This document shows positions 39,298 through 49,769 of a stretch of DNA of 64,000 nucleotides, piece by piece. The notes below the pieces were generated by a model that worked only from the letters and a program-made list of their open reading frames with translations, was not told where the DNA came from and did not search any database. The DNA is from Mytilus edulis (lineage: Eukaryota). The position numbers were made by a program, and so were the translations under genes. The stretch is taken from assembly GCF_963676685.1 (NCBI RefSeq), contig NC_092353.1, positions 54,684,001-54,748,000 of the forward strand. Direction: 5' to 3'. The first letter of the stretch is position 1. Every line of letters begins with the position of its first letter.

Positions 39298-42200
39298 TGG
39301 GGGGGGGGGGGGGCAAGGGGGGTCCCAATAACAGCAAAACAGCAAATTGATTTGGCTTATAATAGATAACAAGGAATTAAAATGGACAAAAACACATAAC
39401 AGTAAATGAAATATTAAAAATAAGTTGGGACCTTGACAAATCCAGTATTTCTTATTACGGGTATAATCCTTTGTAATGAATTCCATTTTCTATGAACATG
39501 TTTTTAAAATTATGTATCTAGAATGTGTTTACTACTCAATATATTTTTATAAGCTCGTTTACAGGACATTTTATGGAATACTGTTGTCCGTCTGTCGCCA
39601 TTATGTCGAATATTGACTCCAACACCCTTTAACCAATTTGCATAAAACTTTTGGAAATTGTTTATATCTATTGACGTGAGCTCCTCTTCGTATTTCATAA
39701 ATTTCAGATTTTAAGTTTCTGCGTAATGGGGTTTATTCAATAAAAATGTTTGTTTTTTCAGTTTTCTGATAATATCTCAAAAATCCTTTCACAAATTTGC
39801 AAGGAATTTCGGTGAATTGTTACTATCTATTGACATGAGCTCCCTTTCCAGGGCCGTAACTACATTGAGGCAAATGAGGCAAATGCCTCATGTTAGAAAA
39901 TTCAAAAAAAAAAAAAAATGAAACAAAAGATTCATTTTGTCTTAATATCAAATTGTTTTCACGGAAAGTGTCTAACAAGAAGCAAGTTCTCTTCACTCTC
40001 TGGTGTCGCCCCTGCATGTTTTTCGTGATCCATGTTTCTTTTTTACTTTAAGTTTTCAGAGTTGATGATCTATTGTTTGAACTTCTGTGTCCCGGGTTTG
40101 TCTTTTGCTCATTTATTGTCCTACTTTATGACAATAGTCTGAGTGTTGATTTTCATTTGTAAACGTGTGGTTTTGCAATGTTGCATGCCCACTGATGTCT
40201 AGATATTGTGCGAAAAAAATATTTTAAGAATATACAAGACACAGAAAAAAATGGTCGTTTCTGCATGGAGAATTGAATTTGATATCAAAGAATTCACAAC
40301 TGGCTTCTTTTGGTTGATAAAACTAGATAGCTGACATGGTTTAAATTAAAGTAATGTCACCAATTTTCCGGTATCAAATAATTTGAAAAAATGCAATAAT
40401 GTATTGCCATATTACCATTTCTATTGATGGGTTAAACTTGCATTAAGTCATGTTCAGACCCTTTTACAGGAAGTAAAGGAATATGGAGTAAATGTGCACA
40501 CAACCTAATCGCAAACAAAGTCAATGAATAAAAAAAATACTAATGATCAATCATTTTGGTCAAAGTTGCTGGAGGGTCTTCAACAATAAAAGAATCATTA
40601 ATACCGTAAAACAGGGTCAAGATGGTCCCTAGTGTCGACTTGAGCAGACTAAGTACTAGTATTTAAAGCATAATACTGCACTGTCACTATATTTCAATCT
40701 TGTCAAAAAAATATCACCAAAGTCTAAGCACAATACAAGACTAAAACAGACAGACAGATCCAGTATTAATGATTATGAGAATTACGTATTTTGCTTTGTC
40801 CTACATATCGGTCTTTTAATGTGGTCCATAAAACCTTAAAGTCTTAAATTACAATGAATCTATGTTTTTGCTTTCAGACCAGAATATTGTCGTTAAAAAG
40901 CTAAAAATTAATTGCGTTTCAATGTCAGAAAGAGTCCGGTAAACGCTCAGAATGCACGATTTTGCGTTATTTTTCTCAGAGCTTCTGGGGGTCTTGAGCG
41001 GCCCCCAGTCCCCTCGGCCAAACATTTTTCCTCACTATTTGAAGAGGCTAGTTATGGCCCTGCTTTCAATTTTTATAGATTTTACGTTTCCGAGTTAAGG
41101 GGTTTTGTTAATTAAAAATGGGGGATTTTCCAGTTTTCGGACATTAACACAAAAACGTTTTCAGCAGTTCTCATGAAACTTTGCTGAATTGTTTATAGCT
41201 ATTGTTGTTAGCGCCCTTTCTATTTTCATTAATTTTAGATTTTCTGTTATTAAGTTAAGGGGTTTTATTCATAAAAAAAGGTGGTATTTTCCAGTTTTCG
41301 GTCAATAACTCAAAAATGTTTTCAGCAGTTCGCATGAAACTTTGGTGTATTGTTTATATATATTGACTTAAGCTCGCTTTAAATTTTTATAAATATCTGA
41401 TATGACATAAAGAAGTTATCGAATACTTCAAAAAGGGCGACGGGCGTATCATGCGCTCATGGCGTAGCTGTTTATTTGTTATAGAATACTTTTTTTCAGC
41501 ATTTATTTTTATACAGTTATAGAAACTCACACATGCTTGTAATTTAAATAGTGTGTAATAAAATTGAGAATGGAAATGAGGAATATGTCAAAGAGACAAA
41601 AATGATATCTAGTAAAAATTCAAGGGCTGTTATGGTATTCAATTCACCAGAGACATATAATACAAAATATATGTCTCTAAATTCACATAGTTCTTGTGTT
41701 TGTTGCTACTAAAAAATGACCTAAAAGAGTTTGAATATATATATTCGCATTCTGACTTTTCTAAATGCCCATTTAATGAGGTATGTGAATTTTTCTTAAT
41801 AAAACTATGAGGCAAAGTGGTCAGCATATAGGGTAGAAAAATCAAAAGCACCAATTATAAGCCATGCAATTTATCAAGTACCTCGAACCAATTTCGACAC
41901 TCCGAAAGTAATTTATTCCATTATTTTCAAAGGCTCAATTTGAACAATTTTTTATCAGGCTATTGATTGGACCAAGTGTACTAGTAAGTAGAATACATAG
42001 TTTAGTAGGGGAACAATGGCTTGAAGACGAAATAAATCTTTGTTTGTAATGAGTTATGTGCTGCTTCGGGACCCAGTACATGGTTGGAACTTTCAGTGTA
42101 CATTGTGTTTGGTTCTGCTTTGAAAACTTTAAGAATCACAGAGCTGAGTCAATGTACCATATTATATAAAAGGTTAACTGGTTGTAAGGAACTAGTCCTT

Positions 42201-42715
42201 AATTGAGATTCTTGTCAGATATTACTGGCCATATGTTTTCCTTTTTGTCATATTAATAATTGTTCTGATTTGATATGTTGGTACGGGAAACAAGGAACAT
42301 TATCCTCATACAAAAAATAAGATAATTCTAAATACATGTTCCAAAAAAAATGGAATTTATAATCATAAGATATACTGGATATCATACTGGAATTGTCCTG
42401 GACCTCATTTCTGTAATGGGTATATGTTAATGGAATCCTTCTCCGAATACGGGACTAACATATTACTAGTGGTAGACCCCAATGTCTAATGATCTTCAAT
42501 TTCTACCGAATATTGGCTGTCAAAAAAATGCTAACATTCCAATTTTCAATAACAGTTAACACACAATAACAGATAACAAAAAAACTAAAAGCCCAATAAC
42601 AGCTAACAATGAGTAAGACAATAACAGCTAACAGCAAATATATTTTAAGAATAACAGATAACAAAGAATTAAATTGCCCCATAACAGCATAACAGTTAAA
42701 CCTCGTGCCCGCTCT
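39298..42715 (-). mobile_element. Second, inverted and longer copy of the composite TIR element at 5348-7096
   Basis: Colinear reverse-complement similarity at both ends, in the HINE and in the Penelope RT fragment (about 41670-42130); inserted into a family A repeat with a possible TGGA duplication. Confidence 0.8.
39849..41062. mobile_element. Non-autonomous hAT-like element with 5-bp TSD
   Basis: CTTTC|CAGGGCCGTAACTA ... TAGTTATGGCCCTG|CTTTC; absent from the 5348-7096 copy. Confidence 0.85.
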
Positions 42716-43761
42716 TGGATGTAGAGTTGTCTCATTGGCGTGCACGCATACCACTATTTATTTCGGTCTGAGTTATGCCGCTTTGTTCGACAAACCTGAT
42801 TTATAGAAAAGCTGCTATAAAACGGAAAAGCACACAATTAAAATGGTTCATTGCTCAGTGTTTAGTTTTTGTGTTTTGGTCTTCTATTCTTAAACTATTA
42901 GCAAAGGTCAAATGTATTTCTTGCATGGAAGGATTGTAGGGTGTATATGGATATCTGGCAGGTACCATCTCCCCTTCACTTGACCTCATATATACCGTGA
43001 TTGTTCATTGCATTGGTCAATGTTTTAAGCGTTTATGGTTGTTTTGTTTCTTAGATACTGTAGTAAGGGGTACATGTCTGTCCGGCATGGTTCATCTAAC
43101 TTTGACCTCACCTTCATGGTTCATGTTAAGTTTGTGGGATGTTTGTAGTAAGCTTTATATTTAGAACTATCAACATAAATTAAGTCAATATAAAAAAAGA
43201 AGATGTGGTATGATTGCCAATGAGACAACTCTCCACAAGAGACCAAAATGACACAGAAATTAGCAACTATAGGTCACCGTATGACCTTCAACAATGAGCA
43301 AATGGCCACTAAAAAGCGTGTGCACTGTTGTTTTCCTGGTATAGGAAAGACAACTCTATTTGTCTTCCGTTACAGAAATGGTTATAAAGTGAGGATATTA
43401 TTTTACATCTCAATCGATGAATGAAAGACTTTCAAAAAGAGTATTTTAAATGTGTAATACAGTAGCAATTAAATTTCGATCAAATTTTTTAAATCTTTCT
43501 CATAAACATTCATCCTTTGTCAAGAAAATGACATGATCATCATATTTTAATGGCAAAACTTTTAAGAATAAATGACACTTTTATTCATTTGACCCTATGG
43601 TCTACTTACTTTCTTTTGACGAATATAATAAATGAACTTTGTCAGTTGAGTAAGACTTAGTCTTAATCTTTAGATACACAAAATATATTTCTAATCTATT
43701 TTTCAAGCACTTGTAATACACGCTCAAAAATTTTAAAGGTTCACAGTTTTTTTTATAGTTA

Positions 43762-43914
43762 ATGCTTGGGTAAACACGGCTATATATGTAAATTTCTTTT
43801 GACGAATCTAATAGATGACCGGGCGAGCTAATTTAAACATTAAATGGCTTGGGTAAACACGGCTATGTTTGTAAATTTCTATTGACGAATCTAAATGATG
43901 AGCGGGTGAGCTAA
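43762..43914. repeat. Two-copy ~82-bp tandem duplication downstream of the ACS gene
   Basis: GCTTGGGTAAACACGGCTAT..GACGAATCTAA..GAGCTAA occurs twice. Confidence 0.8.
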
Positions 43915-44137
43915 GAAATAAAGCACATAAAGAAGAAAGTAATATTTAATGGCTTCGATTACATCTGGTACATACAACTGATTCAATGTCATTCGGAAAT
44001 CCTCGGTAGAATCCGGAACTCTCTTTCTATTTTAGATGAGGGTACGGAGTCGGCCGAGTTGAGACGAATGATATACAACCATCTATGATACAACTGATTA
44101 AATGTATTTTGACTAAATAAACTGTGAGGTATTTATG

Positions 44138-45853
44138 TCATGTTGATGTGATGCCTTTTGTTGATTTAATCATCAAAGCCGTAGCTTTTCTATCTAATTT
44201 TCCATTATGTGTGTGCGGCAGTTCTTTGTAGAAGATAAAATGTTCTGGAATGTAACGTTTTGCAAGAAATGAATCTCGGTTTCCCGCTTGTTGTTGCACA
44301 ATATAATTCCTTAAATCTTCTTCACTGAGTGCTCCTTCCGGTTCAACCACAATCGCAGCATACGCGCATTGAAACATTTTATCATTATGTACAGGATAAA
44401 TGTAAGCATCAACGACCATAGGGTGTTTCTTAATAATATTTTCGACATAAAGTGGGGACACAAGAAGGCCACTAATAATCATCATATCTGATTTGCGCCC
44501 TGTGACAACAAAGCTGCCATTTTCTCTCATAATTCCAATATCATCAGTCTTATACCATCCAGCCTTATCTGAACATAAAACACTTTTTTCCTTATTATTC
44601 AAGTAACCTTGAAAACGATCTCTACTGCGGAAGTATATTTCACCGGAAGTGCCCTTTGTCACAATGTTCCCGTCATCGTCTACTATTTTCAGTTCAACCC
44701 CTGGTGCCGGATACCCGATTGAGTGATCTTCAAATTCATTTGGATTTGAAACCGACAAAGTGGAGGCAAATCCAACCTCGGTAAGTCCATACACCACAAC
44801 AACCTTGTCAGCCATAACTCCTGCTGCCTTGGTACAAGATGATTCTACTGGCAATCCTCCAGTTGCAATCACTTTCATTGGCCATTGTTTACACGGTGGT
44901 AACTTGTTATGCATCATATCATGTAAACATGGTGTTATCAGTAAAGCCACGGTACACTTTTCTGCTTCAAGCGCTTTTGTGGTAAAACAGTTTATTTCGT
45001 CAATGCTTTTTAATGCCATGATATCACTTGCAGTAACTCGCGTGGACTGGTGAACCATGTATACACCAGGGTAGCCACCAAGCCAGCTAAAAGGTCGATC
45101 ATTGTAATATCTAGTTCCTGGTTCTAGATCCATGTAGTTTCCAAAATCATACAAACTGCGAATCAGCGATAAATGAGTGTGCGGAACTGCCTTTGGGATT
45201 CCAGTACTACCAGAGGTGAGAAATATTGCAGCAATATCATCAGGTGATATTAAAGGAAGCGCAATATTTGAAACTTTGCCATTTTCTATGAGGTCGGCAA
45301 CAGTAGAGCATCGTGTCCCGTTGTCAGAGGGTTGAAGTAACAATATCTGGTATAAATCAACCAATAACTTACTTGATATAGAGCTGCTTACTTCCGGTTG
45401 AAAGCTACACGCCAAATTTTTGCATATGTCAACATTCTTATCCAAATGACCCGGTTCAATAAGTAATGTTGTACATCTTTGTATTCCATGCAGTGTTTCC
45501 AGTAAATCTGATCCGTCTAAACGCTTAAAAAAGAAATGTAGCGGTATTGCGCCTGCCATTTGTACGCCCAATGAACTGATAGCCCATTCCACGCAGTTTT
45601 TGTTTGAAATGGCGACTACATCGTTCCTTTTGATTCCCGTCTCTAAAAGTCCTTTAGCAAAATATATTGCACTATCGTAAAGTTCTTGATATTTAACGCA
45701 ACTTCTTTTCCCTGTTGTTGTAAGGAAAACAATAGCCTCACGATCTGGACATATTTTGACATTGTCTCTTAGCAGATAAGGTATAGCTTGATACGGAACT
45801 TCGGAAGCATCAACCGTAAATGCATAGCTTTGTTTTTCATTGCTTTGTTCCAT
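44138..45853 (-). CDS. Acyl-CoA synthetase / AMP-binding (ANL superfamily) enzyme, 571 aa, uninterrupted ORF
   Basis: P-loop FLTSGSTGIPKAV, YGLTE, YKTDD, GRKSDM and catalytic-Lys motif LPHTHNGKLDR; ATG in AAAATGG context at 45853. Confidence 0.93.
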   Translation of the reverse strand: MEQSNEKQSYAFTVDASEVPYQAIPYLLRDNVKICPDREAIVFLTTTGKRSCVKYQELYDSAIYFAKGLLETGIKRNDVVAISNKNCVEWAISSLGVQMAGAIPLHFFFKRLDGSDLLETLHGIQRCTTLLIEPGHLDKNVDICKNLACSFQPEVSSSISSKLLVDLYQILLLQPSDNGTRCSTVADLIENGKVSNIALPLISPDDIAAIFLTSGSTGIPKAVPHTHLSLIRSLYDFGNYMDLEPGTRYYNDRPFSWLGGYPGVYMVHQSTRVTASDIMALKSIDEINCFTTKALEAEKCTVALLITPCLHDMMHNKLPPCKQWPMKVIATGGLPVESSCTKAAGVMADKVVVVYGLTEVGFASTLSVSNPNEFEDHSIGYPAPGVELKIVDDDGNIVTKGTSGEIYFRSRDRFQGYLNNKEKSVLCSDKAGWYKTDDIGIMRENGSFVVTGRKSDMMIISGLLVSPLYVENIIKKHPMVVDAYIYPVHNDKMFQCAYAAIVVEPEGALSEEDLRNYIVQQQAGNRDSFLAKRYIPEHFIFYKELPHTHNGKLDRKATALMIKSTKGITST

Positions 45854-46487
45854 TTTCCGAAGTATTTCTCTCACAAACCTCCGAATATAATATTTACTGG
45901 TGGTTTAAATGACCCATTCGTCACACTTGACCAGTAAAGGGTTTTGTAATACTATGACCAAGGATATACTGACCTGTATATAACCCTAAAATTAAATGTC
46001 AAGAATATTGCCGCTCCGCTGGCAGATATAAATAAACATGTAAACAATAACTAGTACCAAAACAATTGAAGAGAAGCCACTAAAATCAATTATTGATAAT
46101 GATATATGTTTTTTGAATAATGTTAAATTGTATGTATACTACATTTCGTAAATTTAATAACAAAACTGACACAATATGATAAAAAAGGGTTGCATTTTTC
46201 AATGCAGTCTTGGACAGCTGAATTGCAGTTTTTTCTTCGTAGGAAGGACGAATCGCAAGAGAAAATCCTTTCCTGATTTGGTCGGGTAAGTATCTGTTGA
46301 ATGGGTGGTAGATATTAGCCGCTATAGTAAGTTACTATTTCAAGCTTTGTTATATATGAAAAAAGGGGGAGAGTAATTTAGATTAATTTTATAATGAGGT
46401 TGTTGACTAGATCATCTGATAAACCAATTGATCAGGTGTAAGTATTTATGAATTATATTTAATGAAGATGAGATTTTTTTATAGCGT

Positions 46488-46680
46488 TGTTCCATTTTCT
46501 GAAGGATTTCTCTCACAAACATCTTTAGAAATGTTTACTGTTGGTTTAAATGACCCATTCGCCATCCTTGACCAGTAAAATGTTGTATAACTATACCCCC
46601 CTGACCTGTTACACAGTATATGACCTTCAATGTCAAAAATGATGAATCTGGCCAAGTATGTATAAATAAGCATGTATAAA
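46488..46680 (-). repeat. Diverged duplicate of the ACS upstream region and start codon
   Basis: Aligns with 45847-46040 (TTTCTCTCACAAAC, GGTTTAAATGACCCATTCG, CTTGACCAGTAAA, CTGACCTGT); similarity stops after ATG GAA CAA. Confidence 0.8.
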
Positions 46681-48252
46681 AATTATCAATTAAGTAGATT
46701 GGTAGAAGGTATTGTTTGTTTTATAATGCGAAATTGATGTATAGTAAATTTGGTCATGCGTTTATTCAAAAACATGATTGAGACACTGAGAAAAAAGAAA
46801 AATAAAGGCGACGAAAAGCAAGAGTAAAATCTCTTTTTTTCGTTTTTTTTTTGGGGGGTGGGGGGGGTGGGAGGGGGGACATATGCAATGAGTGGTGGGT
46901 ATGATCCGGTGGAATGGGCCAATATTTCAAACTTCATAATGTGTCATAAGGGCGAGAAATTTAGATTAGATTAGATTGACGAAGACTTAAACCTATCATG
47001 CATGCTAGGCATCTAAGACATCTGAATCAAGTAAAAGTATATATTGAAGATGTGATAAAAAAAAAACCACAGTCGTAAATGAATCACATATTTGTAAAAT
47101 CTAGTGAATCTCCAAGAAAAAGCAGACATGTAAAAGTTACTTGATTTTCAGATGCTCACTACTAGTGCAAAATAATCGCAATAGTCCTGTCTTCTAAAAA
47201 TATAGATTTCTGATTTTGTTTTTCTACGTGTCGATCTAGTACACAACATGAATCATATTCATATCACATTAACATGTACTCTAAACTGCCACGCCATTTC
47301 ATCAGCGATAAGTGCAATCGGCAATCCTCGGTTGACTCCACTACTCTCTTTAGATGAGGTACGAAATCGGCGAGTTGTGGCGAATGGCGAGTGAACACAA
47401 CAGGGATCCAGTTACATGTACTCGTCCTCAAAATGCATTTAATTTGCCTGTAGACGGTTAACAGGCATCTATCGTCATTATCACCATTATTATATATACC
47501 AGTGAATATTGAAGTCATGAGTTATCATATTAATTAGATTATAAATGAAACATGATATTTTTAATTACAGCACTTAATACACTTCGTATGAGTTTTTATT
47601 TGATCCAATGTATCGAATAATGTTCTTAATTATACATTAATGCTGAGACTAACTGCACAGAGTTTAATAGCACTAGTCTCTGATTAATGATAGAAATGTT
47701 TAACGACCACTATAATTTGGGTGTGGATGGGTTTTACAGAATAGAGTAAAATAAACAAAAAATAATGAATTGAGAGATTTGAGCCAAAACAAATTATGTA
47801 AGAGAATAATCAGGAACAAAACAGTAAAGAAGAACTTAAAAAAAATAGATATGTGTTGTTTTAAGTCTCCAAGTTGTGGTACTCCGGCGCTTTTAAAGTT
47901 ACCAGTATCCGTCCCAAAGGCGTAATCTGATCATTTTAACTGTTGTAGAAAGTTTTGTAAGCAGGAAATTTATAAAAATGACAATTTTTCGAGATGAGTG
48001 ACTTATAAACTTAGTGATGTATTTTATTCCTCACTCTAAGTTTGTTTTCAGATCCAGCTGCATCAATCCAGATCCAACAGGCTACTTTTTCATCAAGCTG
48101 TATAACCAGTTACACGGTGAGCTATATATTGATCTATTGCGATATATACGGTGTCAGTAAATTAAACCCATGTCAGACAAGTTTATGATTGTGTTTTTTA
48201 CATAAATTTGTAAATTGAACCTTAACAAGTTATCAAAGGTTTATAATTTGAT

Positions 48253-48298
48253 ACACCAGATGCGCGTTTGGTCTACATAAGACTCATCAGTGACGCTC
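48253..48298 (-). ncRNA. Degenerate minimal type I hammerhead ribozyme in a Penelope-type repeat (about 48229-48510)
   Basis: GCGTCA-CTGATGA-GTC-ttatgta-GAC-cAAA-CGCGCa-TC-TGGTGT; the GAAA core is mutated to CAAA. Confidence 0.65.
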
Positions 48299-49769
48299 AG
48301 ATCAAAATTAATTAGAAAGCCAAACAAGTAAAAAGTTGAAGAGCATTGAGGACCCAAAATTCCAAAAAGTTGTGCCAAATACATCTACGGTAATCTTTGC
48401 ATGTGATAAGATTATTCTTAGTATTTCGAATAATTCCTACTTTTTCATACTTTTTCAAATATTGAGTTTATAAAAGTGACCATATAACTGATATTCATGT
48501 CAACACCGAAAATATGTTATTTTGTATTGTATTGCACTGTATTGTATATAATTTTATCGCTATTTTGTGCATTTTTCCCTTGATCTTTTTTTGTTACTCG
48601 CTTGAGATGGAAAATTATCGCTAGAAACTAAGGAGGCACGTGGCGTTGCTAATGAAATTGACATGAAATTGACAACGTCGTCATAGGTAAAATAGCGATA
48701 AACAGATTATCGGTTATCTCAACTCGATTGTTTTCTCGCTTTCACTGTCCCGGCTTAAGCGAGAAAATCAATCTAGTTGAGATGATCAACGATTATCTAT
48801 AAGTAGCTCTGTTAGTTTTTATTGCTTGACCCTTATGGGTGTAATTTTGCAATAGAGATTATTGATCAAAGTAAATTCAATACGAAACGAGAGACCGAAC
48901 ATATCGTTTTAATAATTCACAAACAAACCGTGAACGAATTTATCTTACCAGCGACTTTCGGGATCGAATTTCATGTAGTTGTCATAAAAATAAAATAAAA
49001 TATAGTTTACGGTTGTTGCTATAGTAATGTTATGAGTCATTAACGCAATACAAGGTTTGTGGTTTACTATAACAGTGACCAATGTACTTGAGACAAGTCA
49101 TAACAATGGCATCCACAAGCGAATGGCATAAACAAAGACACGTGTTTTGGTTGAGTTAGTTTATTGTCTTATCTATTGACAAACAAAATCATAAAAAAAA
49201 ATAATAATAAGAGAACATGTGGATATACATTTATTTAATGTGGCAACCACCTTACAATACTAATATACTATCTTATACGCTGATACATTGTAACTATGAA
49301 ATTATGAAATTGAAAACAAAATATATTATTGTGATTTCGGGGCCTTTTATAGATGACTGTGTGGTATTGGCTTTGTTCATTGTTTAAAGCTGTTCGGTCT
49401 GTAGTGTAGAGTTTTCTCATTGGAAATCATACCACATCTTCTTTTCTGTATATAACTAAGGAAGATGTGATATGATTGCCAATAAGACAACAGTTCTGAC
49501 GTAGAGGTTAGCAACTTAATGTCACCACATGTCAGCAAATAAGCAAATCTCAGACCGCAAAGATAGCTATAAAAGATCTCGAAATGACAAATGTCTAACA
49601 ATTCAAACGAGAAAACTAACTGCCTGTTTATGTACAAAATAATAAACGAAAAACAGATATAATGTACAACAACAAATGGAAATCACTGAATAACAGGTTC
49701 CTGACTTAGGAAAGACACATACGCATGGCGAGGTTAAACATGTGTACAGTCACCAAACCCTCCCATAAC

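Noticed and set aside
45854-45874. GTG start for the ACS ORF
   Set aside because: Eukaryotic context; the ATG at 45853 has an AAAATGG context and is conserved in the duplicate
46852-46880. G-rich tract able to form a G-quadruplex upstream of ACS
   Set aside because: Poly-G/C runs are common throughout the window and nothing else supports a function
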